64,000 bases of DNA from contig JADFJG010000005.1 of the NCBI GenBank assembly GCA_022566265.1, forward strand, positions 12,007-76,006. The letters are read 5' to 3'. Below, in pieces: positions 46,795 to 56,637 of this stretch. The notes below the pieces were generated by a model, which worked only from the letters and a program-made list of their open reading frames with translations, made no database searches and was not told the DNA's origin. Position 1 is the first letter of the stretch. The number at the start of each line of letters is the position of its first letter. The stretch comes from Pseudomonadota bacterium (lineage in GTDB: Bacteria > Pseudomonadota > Alphaproteobacteria > SMXQ01). Made by a program: the position numbers and the translations under genes.

Positions 46795-47802
46795 TTACTT
46801 GTGGCTGGAGGGATCTGGCCGGGGCTTGCGGCGCAGGTCGCGAAGCTCGAACGGATCGGCGTGAATGTCGGCGATGGCGGCACCGGCGAGATAGGCGGTT
46901 TTTTTGGCCTCCTCGACCATCGGCGGCGCGCCGCAGATGAAAACCCGCCAATCGGCAAGTCCCCCGAGGTCGGAAAAGACGGCGCTCGCGACCCTGCCGG
47001 CCCGGACGCCCGGGGGGACATCGGCGCCTGAAAGGCAGGGAATGTAGAGGAAATTGGCGTGCCGCGCGGCGAGATCGCGCAACTGTCGCCGGAGATAAAG
47101 CCCGTTTGCGTGCCGGCTTCCGTGATAGAGCCGGATATCGCCCTGGTGGCCATCGTGAAGGGCGTCCCGGGCGATGCCGATAAGGGGCGCCAAGCCGGTG
47201 CCGGTGCCGATCAGAAGCAGGTTCTGATCGGCGCGGCCGGGCAGGTAGAAGCAGCTTCCGTTCGGGCCCTGCAACTCCACCACCTCTCCCCCCTGGAGCT
47301 CATCGAATATCCAGTTGCTCATGTCGCCGCCTGGCAGGCGTTTGACGTGAAGTTCGAGTTGCCTGTCGATGCTAGGCACGCTGGCGAGCGAATAGCATCG
47401 GGTCAGGCCGTCGGCGCGGCGCAGGTTGATGAACTGACCGGCATGATAATAGAGCTCGGTCGCCGGGGTGAGGCGCACCCCCTTGATGTCGGGCGCCAGG
47501 GGGAAGACGTCACTCACCACCGCGCGGCTGAACAGGGCCGTATCCTCGGCCGACGCCACCGTCAGGTCGTGATCGCCGGGACAGATGCAGGGCAGGAAGT
47601 AACCCTGGGTCCGCAAGGTGTCCCTGATACCGACCTGGGATTCTTCCGGGATGGCGCCGTCGATGACGCGCAGCATGCAAGAAAGGCAGACGCCCTTCTT
47701 GCATGAATAGGGAACGTCGAGCTTGTGGCGCAGTAGCGTCTCGAGCACCGTTTCCGAATCGGCGTACTCGTAGGCGCGGCCGCCGAAAGCGACCTTGGTC
47801 AA
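46795..47802 (-). CDS. Ferredoxin-flavin reductase (N-terminal 2Fe-2S ferredoxin fused to FAD/NAD(P)-binding FNR-like domain)
   Basis: CxxxxCxxC...C cluster (YSCKKGVCLSCMLRV...LPCIC), RxYS FAD motif (TRCYSLAS), GTGLAP NAD-binding motif. Confidence 0.75.
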   Translation of the reverse strand: MTKVAFGGRAYEYADSETVLETLLRHKLDVPYSCKKGVCLSCMLRVIDGAIPEESQVGIRDTLRTQGYFLPCICPGDHDLTVASAEDTALFSRAVVSDVFPLAPDIKGVRLTPATELYYHAGQFINLRRADGLTRCYSLASVPSIDRQLELHVKRLPGGDMSNWIFDELQGGEVVELQGPNGSCFYLPGRADQNLLLIGTGTGLAPLIGIARDALHDGHQGDIRLYHGSRHANGLYLRRQLRDLAARHANFLYIPCLSGADVPPGVRAGRVASAVFSDLGGLADWRVFICGAPPMVEEAKKTAYLAGAAIADIHADPFELRDLRRKPRPDPSSHK

Positions 47803-47823
47803 ATGTTGCCGCCTAAATTCAAG

Positions 47824-48192
47824 CTAGCGGTTCAGGACCTCCGCGCGCGTCCCTCCGGCGAGGGTCATGACCTCGTCGATCAGATCGCCGGGCACGTCGA
47901 GCTCGGTCAGGGTCGCCTGCAGGTGGCCGGCCACGGCATCGAAATGGGAATCGTCGAGACCGTTCTCGACCAGCGACGCATGGGCCGTGCGCATATCCTT
48001 GCCGGTATATTCATTGGGTCCGCCGAACACCATGGTCAGGAAGGACTTCTGTTTGGCGCGCTGGGCGTCCATGTCGGTGCTATCGAAAAAATGGCTGATC
48101 GCGTCGTCGCTCAGCACCTTGCGGTAAAAGAGGTCCACCGCGGCCTCGACGGCGGGCTCGCCGCCGATGCGCTCGAAAAGGGATTGGGTCAT
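47824..48192 (-). CDS. glbN: Group I truncated haemoglobin (trHbN/GlbN-like)
   Basis: 122 aa. LFERIGGEPAVEAAVDLFYRKV and FLTMVFGGPNEYTGKDMRTAHASL match the 2/2 globin fold, including the proximal His. Confidence 0.8.
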   Translation of the reverse strand: MTQSLFERIGGEPAVEAAVDLFYRKVLSDDAISHFFDSTDMDAQRAKQKSFLTMVFGGPNEYTGKDMRTAHASLVENGLDDSHFDAVAGHLQATLTELDVPGDLIDEVMTLAGGTRAEVLNR

Positions 48193-48294
48193 GTCGCTGT
48201 CTCCTGGTGACGCGTTGCGGCTCCTGCCCGTCCGGTTCCGGCGTCTCTGGTTGAAGCGGCGAATCTAGGCCCGAGGCGTAAACAAACCCTTAGC

Positions 48295-48538
48295 CCGGAT
48301 ATTTCATGAAGGCGCTCCCTCAGAGCGTGTTAAGTGTTTTACTTCAATTACTTGATTCGTTATTCGAAAAGCGGCGTTTTGTACCCTCGTCCGCTGAACG
48401 GTTTTGCGCCGGCCCTGTTTATCCAAATCGGCGCACGAAACCTCAAGCCATAGCGATGCTATGACTTTCGGCTTCGCGCACCGCCTTGGACAAACATTGC
48501 TCGCCGCAAATTCCGTTCCCTTCATGAAATATCCGGGT
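48295..48538 (-). mobile_element. MITE-like element copy A (244 bp, 19-bp perfect terminal inverted repeats, TTAG flanks)
   Basis: Starts cccggatatttcatgaagg and ends ccttcatgaaatatccggg. Flanked on both sides by ttag. Confidence 0.65.
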
Positions 48539-48928
48539 TAGGGGTTTTCATGCTTGGCTGGCACGCTTGGCTGGGGGGGCGTCTCGGCTATGACTCCGCC
48601 TCGCCTCGGCGCCAGGATCGGGGTGATTGAGTGGCGCTCGTCCTTGAGATACGTCCTCGGGTTCCGCATCGAAGGGGGACCGGGATCCGCCTCGCGTTTC
48701 GCTTCCATCGCCCGGCAAATTTTCCTGTAGGCACAGGGCGTGCAGGGCGGCCTCTCCGCGATGTTTGGCCAGGAACACTTCCCGCAACGATCGCAGCCGG
48801 CGCGAAAGATAGGGGCTGCACGACGGTCTCCGCATAACTTTCTCCCTGAATGTTGCTTTTTTTTACCGTTAATGCTTCTTTAACCTTTATCGGCCTCAAA
48901 GGTTAATAAACCGTTAACACGAGGCCTT

Positions 48929-48942
48929 TTGACCGAGATCAA
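48929..48942 (+). promoter_or_regulatory. FNR/FixK-type box TTGAC-N4-ATCAA upstream of hemN
   Basis: ttgaccgagatcaa matches the consensus TTGAT-N4-ATCAA with one mismatch. Centred about 41 nt upstream of the hemN ATG at 48977. Confidence 0.45.
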
Positions 48943-48976
48943 GGCGCCGCCCTGGCCGATCGACGATAAGGGGGCG

Positions 48977-50326
48977 ATGACGCCTGAATTGGCAGCCAAA
49001 TACGCGACGGCGGTACCGCGATACACCAGCTATCCGACGGCGCCTCATTTCAGCCCCGCCGTCGATGACGCCCACTATCGCCGGTGGCTCACGGCGACCG
49101 ATCCGGATGCGCCGCTTTCGCTCTACCTCCACATTCCCTTCTGCGACGCCCTGTGCTGGTTTTGCGGCTGTCACACACGAATCGTCAACCGTTATGGCCC
49201 CATCGCCGGTTACCTGGCGGTGCTCGGCGAGGAGATCGACCTGGTGGCGGAAGCGCTCGGCGCCCTTCGCGCCGTCAGCCACATCCATTTCGGTGGCGGC
49301 TCGCCCAACATCGTCGCCCCGGACGATTTCCGATCCCTCATGGACCGGTTGCGCCGGCGCTTCGCCCTGGCGCCCGGGGCCGAGATCGCCGTCGAGATCG
49401 ATCCCAGGGGCATGACGGGCGAGGGCGTCGATGCGCTCGCCAGGGCCGGCGTCACGCGCGCCAGCCTCGGGGTCCAGGATTTCGATCCCACCGTTCAGCG
49501 GGCCATCAACCGCATCCAGACCTTCGATGAAACGGCCGAGGTCGTGCGTATGCTACGGCGCGCCGGCATCGGCGAGATCAATATCGATCTCATCTACGGA
49601 CTGCCGTTCCAGACCCGGGCCGGGATCATCGAGACGGTCGAGAAGGTGCTTCTGCTCGAGCCCCAGCGCGTCGCCGTATTCGGCTACGCGCATGTGCCCG
49701 GGATCAAGCGCCACCAGCGCCTGATCGACGAGGCCGCCCTGCCGGATACGGCGGAACGGTGGCGGCAATCGGCGGCGGCGGCGGCGAGGCTGAAGGCGGC
49801 GGGCTATATCGCCGTCGGCCTCGATCATTTCGCCCGCGCCGATGACGCCATGGCCCGGGCGCTCGGCGCCGGGCGCCTGCGCCGCAATTTCCAGGGCTAC
49901 ACCACCGATGCGGCCCCGGCCCTCATCGGTTTGGGTGCCTCCGCCATCGGCTCCCTGGCCGAGGGTTATGTCCAGAACGCGGTCGCGATCGAGGCCTACC
50001 GCGAGGCCATCGGCGAGCGCCGGTTCGCCATCGAGCGCGGCCTGGCGTTGGACGATGACGACCGGCTGCGCCGCGACATCATCGAGCGGCTGATGTGCGA
50101 TCTCGCGGTCGATCTCGGCGCCGTTTGTGGCAAGTGGCGGGCATCGCCGGACGATTTCGCCGGCGAATTCGCGGCCCTTCGGCCGATGGAGGACGATGGG
50201 CTGGTCAGGATCACCGGCCGGCGCATCCGGGTGACGGAAGAAGGCCGGCCGCTGGTGCGCGCGGTTTGCGCCGTCTTCGACCGTTATCTGGAGACCCAAG
50301 GCCAACGCCACTCCCAGGCGGTCTAA
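48977..50326 (+). CDS. hemN: Oxygen-independent coproporphyrinogen III oxidase
   Basis: VPRYTSYPTAPHF, radical-SAM cysteine motif (CDALCWFCGC) and GGGSPN. The ATG at 48977 is preferred over the TTG at 48929 called in the ORF track. Confidence 0.85.
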   Translation: MTPELAAKYATAVPRYTSYPTAPHFSPAVDDAHYRRWLTATDPDAPLSLYLHIPFCDALCWFCGCHTRIVNRYGPIAGYLAVLGEEIDLVAEALGALRAVSHIHFGGGSPNIVAPDDFRSLMDRLRRRFALAPGAEIAVEIDPRGMTGEGVDALARAGVTRASLGVQDFDPTVQRAINRIQTFDETAEVVRMLRRAGIGEINIDLIYGLPFQTRAGIIETVEKVLLLEPQRVAVFGYAHVPGIKRHQRLIDEAALPDTAERWRQSAAAAARLKAAGYIAVGLDHFARADDAMARALGAGRLRRNFQGYTTDAAPALIGLGASAIGSLAEGYVQNAVAIEAYREAIGERRFAIERGLALDDDDRLRRDIIERLMCDLAVDLGAVCGKWRASPDDFAGEFAALRPMEDDGLVRITGRRIRVTEEGRPLVRAVCAVFDRYLETQGQRHSQAV

Positions 50327-50573
50327 CCCGGATATTTCATGAAGGGAACGGAATTTGCGGCGAGCAATGTTTGTGCAAGGCGGTGTGCGAAGCCGAAAGT
50401 CATAGCACCGCTATGGCTTGAGGTTTGGTGCGCCGATTTGGACAAACAGGGCCGGCGCAAAACCGTTCAGCGGACGAGGGTACAAAGCGTCCCTTTTCGC
50501 AAAACGAATCAAGCCCTTGGAATAAAACACTTAACACACCCTGAGGGAGCGCCTTCATGAAACATCCGGGCTA
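50326..50573 (+). mobile_element. MITE-like element copy B, inverted relative to copy A (about 90% identical), CTAA flanks
   Basis: cccggatatttcatgaagg ... ccttcatgaaacatccggg, flanked by ctaa on both sides. The left ctaa supplies the hemN stop codon TAA. Confidence 0.65.
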
Positions 50574-50601
50574 ACCCCCTGCCCTGCCCTGCCGGCCACG
50601 G

Positions 50602-51801
50602 CTAGATTCGGGCGAGGTAGGGCTCCAGCGCCGCCAGGCTTTCGATATTATGCGCCGGGGCGAACAGGTCGATATGGGGCAGCGCCGCCGCCATGCCGGC
50701 GGCCACCGGTTCGTAGTCCCGCCAGCCGATCATCGGGTTGAGCCAGATCACCCGCTTGGCGCGGCGTCGCAACAGCCTGACCTGTTCGGCCAGAAGCTCC
50801 GGCGGTCCGGTGTCATAGCCGTCGCTGACGATGATGACGATGGTGCGGCGGTTCAAGGTACCCTTGGCGTAGTTGCGGTTGAAGGTGGCGAGGCTCTCGC
50901 CGATCCGGGTGCCTCCCGACCATCCGGCGGACATCAGGCCGAGGCGCTCGATGGCGCGTTCCAGGTTGCGCTCGCGGAGCGCCGGGCCGATATGGACCAG
51001 GCTGGTGTGGAACACGAAGGCATCGGCGTGGCGGAAATTGTCGATGACGCCGCGCATGAAACGCATGAAGAAGGTGCTGTAGAGGCTCATCGAGCCGCTG
51101 ACGTCGAGGAACATCACGAGGCGCATCGGCTTGGTCCGCCGGGCGCGGAAGACCGGGCGCATCGGCGTCCCACCATAGGCCAGGCTGCGGTGGATGGTGT
51201 TGCGCAGATCGAGCCGCCTGCCTTTGGCGCGCACCCGCTGGCGCCGGGTCAGGCGTCGCTTGATCCGCGCCGCGAGCCGTCGGGCGAGTTCGTACACTTT
51301 GGCCAACTCTTCCGGGTCGTCGATGTGCCTGAGATCGGTTTTGCCGAGGGCTTCGGCGGCGCTGGCCCCCGCCCGCCTGGCCTCGCCGCCGCTCGCCTGG
51401 GCCTCGCCGCCGCCCGCCTGGGCCTCGCCGCCGGCGCCTTCGGCCCGCTCGATCAGCGCCGGCGGGAGATCGGGCGGCGGTTCGCCGGCGGCTGTGCCCG
51501 GCGTGCTTCCGCCGGCGCCGCTTATGAGGCCCGCCCGCTTCACGCCGCGGCCGAGCCAGTAGGCATCGAACAGCTCATCGAAGCGCCGCCAATCGGCCTC
51601 GCCGGCGCACAACAGTGCCTTGAGGCCCGAGCGCAATGGCGCCGGCGTGGCGAGATCGACGCCCTCGGCGAGCCTCAACGCATCGAGGCTTTCATCGATG
51701 CCGACAGGAAAGCCGTTATCGCGCGCCAGACGCACATAGGCGACGATGCGCCCAACGACCGCCGCCTCCCCGGCGCCGGGACTGGTGGCGAGCCCGGTCA
51801 T
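50602..51801 (-). CDS. coxE: CoxE-like von Willebrand factor A domain protein (CO dehydrogenase maturation)
   Basis: C-terminal VWA domain with MIDAS motif DVSGSMS. ATGA overlap with coxD. Contains a 21-bp in-frame repeat encoding GGEAQA(S/G). Confidence 0.75.
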   Translation of the reverse strand: MTGLATSPGAGEAAVVGRIVAYVRLARDNGFPVGIDESLDALRLAEGVDLATPAPLRSGLKALLCAGEADWRRFDELFDAYWLGRGVKRAGLISGAGGSTPGTAAGEPPPDLPPALIERAEGAGGEAQAGGGEAQASGGEARRAGASAAEALGKTDLRHIDDPEELAKVYELARRLAARIKRRLTRRQRVRAKGRRLDLRNTIHRSLAYGGTPMRPVFRARRTKPMRLVMFLDVSGSMSLYSTFFMRFMRGVIDNFRHADAFVFHTSLVHIGPALRERNLERAIERLGLMSAGWSGGTRIGESLATFNRNYAKGTLNRRTIVIIVSDGYDTGPPELLAEQVRLLRRRAKRVIWLNPMIGWRDYEPVAAGMAAALPHIDLFAPAHNIESLAALEPYLARI

Positions 51802-52712
51802 ACCGCCTTGGAGAAGATCCGCCCCACCACCTCGCCGGGTATCGCGTCGCGGTCCTCCTTGGTCTTGAGCAGACATAGAAGGGTGTCCTCGACCACATCC
51901 TGGTTGCCGGCGAGATCGTCGATCCCCTGGCCGGTGAGGGCGTGGGCCCAGTCCAGGGTTTCGGCGATGCCGGGCTTCTTGTCGATATCCTCCTGGCGCA
52001 GCGCCTGGACGAAGCGGACGACCTGGGCGGCGAGTTTCTGGCCCATCTCCGGCACCCGCGCGGTGACGATCCGAAGCTCCTTCGCCTCCGTCGGGTAGTC
52101 GACGAAATGGTAGAGGCAGCGGCGCCTGAGCGCATCGCTGAGCTCGCGGCTGCGGTTCGAGGTCAGGATGACATGGGGCACGGAGCGCGCCTCGATGGTG
52201 CCGAGCTCGGGAATGGTGATCTGGAACTCGGACAACACTTCCAAAAGGTAGGCCTCGAATTCCTCGTCCGAGCGGTCGATCTCGTCGATCAACAGGACCG
52301 GCGGTTTGTCCATGCTGATGGCCTGGAGCAACGGCCGGCGCAGCAGGAACTCCTCCTCGAAGACGTGACGCTCCTTCTCCGCCGCCGATATGTCCTCGGT
52401 CTCCCAGATCTTGATGGCGAGGAGCTGGCGCTGGTAGTTCCATTCATAGACGGCGGCGTTGGCGTCCAGCCCCTCATAGCACTGCAGCCGGATCAGCGGG
52501 CAATCGAGCACCTTCGCCAAGGTCTTGGCGACCTCGGTCTTGCCGACGCCGGTCTCGCCCTCGAGCAGCAACGGGCGGTCAAGCCGGAAGGTCAGCGAGA
52601 TCGCCATGATCAACTCGTTGTCGGCGATATAGCCGGCGTCTTCGAAGCCTTGGCGCAGCGCCTCGGGCGCGTGGCGATCCGGTTCCCCGTTGGCGGACGG
52701 CGGCGCCGGCAT
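51798..52712 (-). CDS. coxD: MoxR-type AAA+ ATPase CoxD
   Basis: Walker A GETGVGKT and Walker B LLIDEIDR; 305 aa MoxR family. Positioned between coxL and coxE. Confidence 0.8.
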   Translation of the reverse strand: MPAPPSANGEPDRHAPEALRQGFEDAGYIADNELIMAISLTFRLDRPLLLEGETGVGKTEVAKTLAKVLDCPLIRLQCYEGLDANAAVYEWNYQRQLLAIKIWETEDISAAEKERHVFEEEFLLRRPLLQAISMDKPPVLLIDEIDRSDEEFEAYLLEVLSEFQITIPELGTIEARSVPHVILTSNRSRELSDALRRRCLYHFVDYPTEAKELRIVTARVPEMGQKLAAQVVRFVQALRQEDIDKKPGIAETLDWAHALTGQGIDDLAGNQDVVEDTLLCLLKTKEDRDAIPGEVVGRIFSKAV

Positions 52713-52713
52713 A

Positions 52714-55115
<2,402 letters not shown>

Positions 55116-55116
<1 letters not shown>

Positions 55117-55604
55117 TATTCCGTGGCCTCCTTGTGGCCCAGTTCGCGCATGGCATGGCGCACCGCCTTGACGATGTTCTGATAGCCGGTGCACCGGCAG
55201 ATGTTGCCCGAGATGCCGACGCGGATCTCATCCTCGCTCGGGTTCGGGTTGTCCTCGAGCAGCCGGTAGGTCCGCATCAGCATCCCCGGCGTGCAGAAGC
55301 CGCATTGCAGCCCGTGCTCCTCGGCGAAGCCGGCCTGCAGCGGGTGCAGCTCGGCGCCATTGGCCAGGCCTTCGACGGTCATCACCTCGCCGCCCGAGGC
55401 CTGGACCGCGAAGACGGTGCAGGACTTGACCGACTTGCCGTCGAGATCGACCGTGCAGGCGCCGCAGTGGCTGGTTTCACAGCCGATATGGGCGCCGGTG
55501 AGGCCGAGATGCTCGCGCAGCAGATAGATCAGCAGCATGCGCGGCTCGACCGTCGCCTCGACCTCCTCGCCGTTGATCGTCAGCTTGATGTCTGTTTTCG
55601 CCAT
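55116..55604 (-). CDS. coxS: CO dehydrogenase small subunit (2x[2Fe-2S])
   Basis: CGACTV and CGFCTPG...CRCTGY cluster motifs; 162 aa. 1-nt overlap with the coxL start. Confidence 0.85.
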
Positions 55605-55609
55605 GGCCG

Positions 55610-56479
55610 TCAGCCTCCCTTGGCGCGGCCGAGCGCTTCCGCGATGGCGCGGTACGTCATCACGCCGGCCATATTCCTGCGGTACTCCACCGGTCCATGC
55701 ATGTCGCTGACCGGGTCGCAGATTTCCATCGCCAGTTCCGCCGCCCTGGCCTGCGCCTCCCCATCGACGCTGGTGCCGATGAGGGATTTCGCCGCGTCCC
55801 CGGCGTTGAGCGCCGTCGGCCCGACATTGGTCAAGGCGATCGCCGCATGGCTGCAAGCGCCGCCCTCCAAGGCGAGGATCACGGCGGCGGCGGCGGTGGC
55901 GTAATCGCCGACTTTCCGTTTCAACTTCTTGTAGGCATAGCCGTGACCGGCCGGCGGCTTGGGCACGCGGATGGCGACCAGCAGTTCATTGGCGGCGCGC
56001 TCGGTGTCGAAGATTCCCTTGTAGAAGCCGTTCGCCGGCGTCTCGCGCTCGCCGCCCGGACCCCTGAGGACATAAATGGCGCCGAGCGCCATCATCACCG
56101 CCGGCATATCGTTGCCGGGATCGCCGTTGGCGACGTTGCCGCCCAGCGTACCCATATTGCGGACCTGGGGGTCGGCGATCACATCGACGGTCTCGGCGAG
56201 GATCGGGCAGGCCTCGGCGGCGACCGCCGAGGCCCGGAGTTCGGCCTGGGTGGTCATGGCGCCGATGCGGATATCCGCGCCGGTGTCCTCGATGCCGCGA
56301 AGCTCGTCCAACGCCTTGAGGTCGATCAGGTGGCCGGGCGTGGCGAACCGGAGCTTCATCATCGGTATCAGGCTGTGGCCGCCGGCGAGGATCGCGCCGT
56401 CGTCGCCATACTGCTCTATCAGCCCGACCGCCTCATCGACCGACGCCGGCCGATGGTAGTCGAAGTTTGCTGGAATCAC
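55610..56479 (-). CDS. coxM: CO dehydrogenase medium (FAD-binding) subunit
   Basis: FAD-binding PCMH-type domain ([28 protein letters not shown]). GTG start with AGGGGAGAG RBS. Confidence 0.8.
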   Translation of the reverse strand: MIPANFDYHRPASVDEAVGLIEQYGDDGAILAGGHSLIPMMKLRFATPGHLIDLKALDELRGIEDTGADIRIGAMTTQAELRASAVAAEACPILAETVDVIADPQVRNMGTLGGNVANGDPGNDMPAVMMALGAIYVLRGPGGERETPANGFYKGIFDTERAANELLVAIRVPKPPAGHGYAYKKLKRKVGDYATAAAAVILALEGGACSHAAIALTNVGPTALNAGDAAKSLIGTSVDGEAQARAAELAMEICDPVSDMHGPVEYRRNMAGVMTYRAIAEALGRAKGG

Positions 56480-56637
56480 CTTTGCTCTCCCCTTGGCAAC
56501 GGCTGTTCTTGGCGTTGGTTACGCTTTACCGGCCCGCGGACTCTTACCTCGGCGGCCGCTCGGCCGGCGCCGGGGGCAGTATGGGCGGTTCGCGCGCTTA
56601 ATTCAAATCGTTATAGGAGATGGACAACCCGAAGCCG

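Noticed and set aside
48304-48525. 73-codon ORFs inside each MITE copy (also 50339..50560), about 80% identical at protein level
   Set aside because: The ORF starts in the palindromic TIR (TTCATGAA gives an ATG on either strand). Substitutions between copies are mostly nonsynonymous. There is no RBS or domain signature. The element is more likely noncoding.
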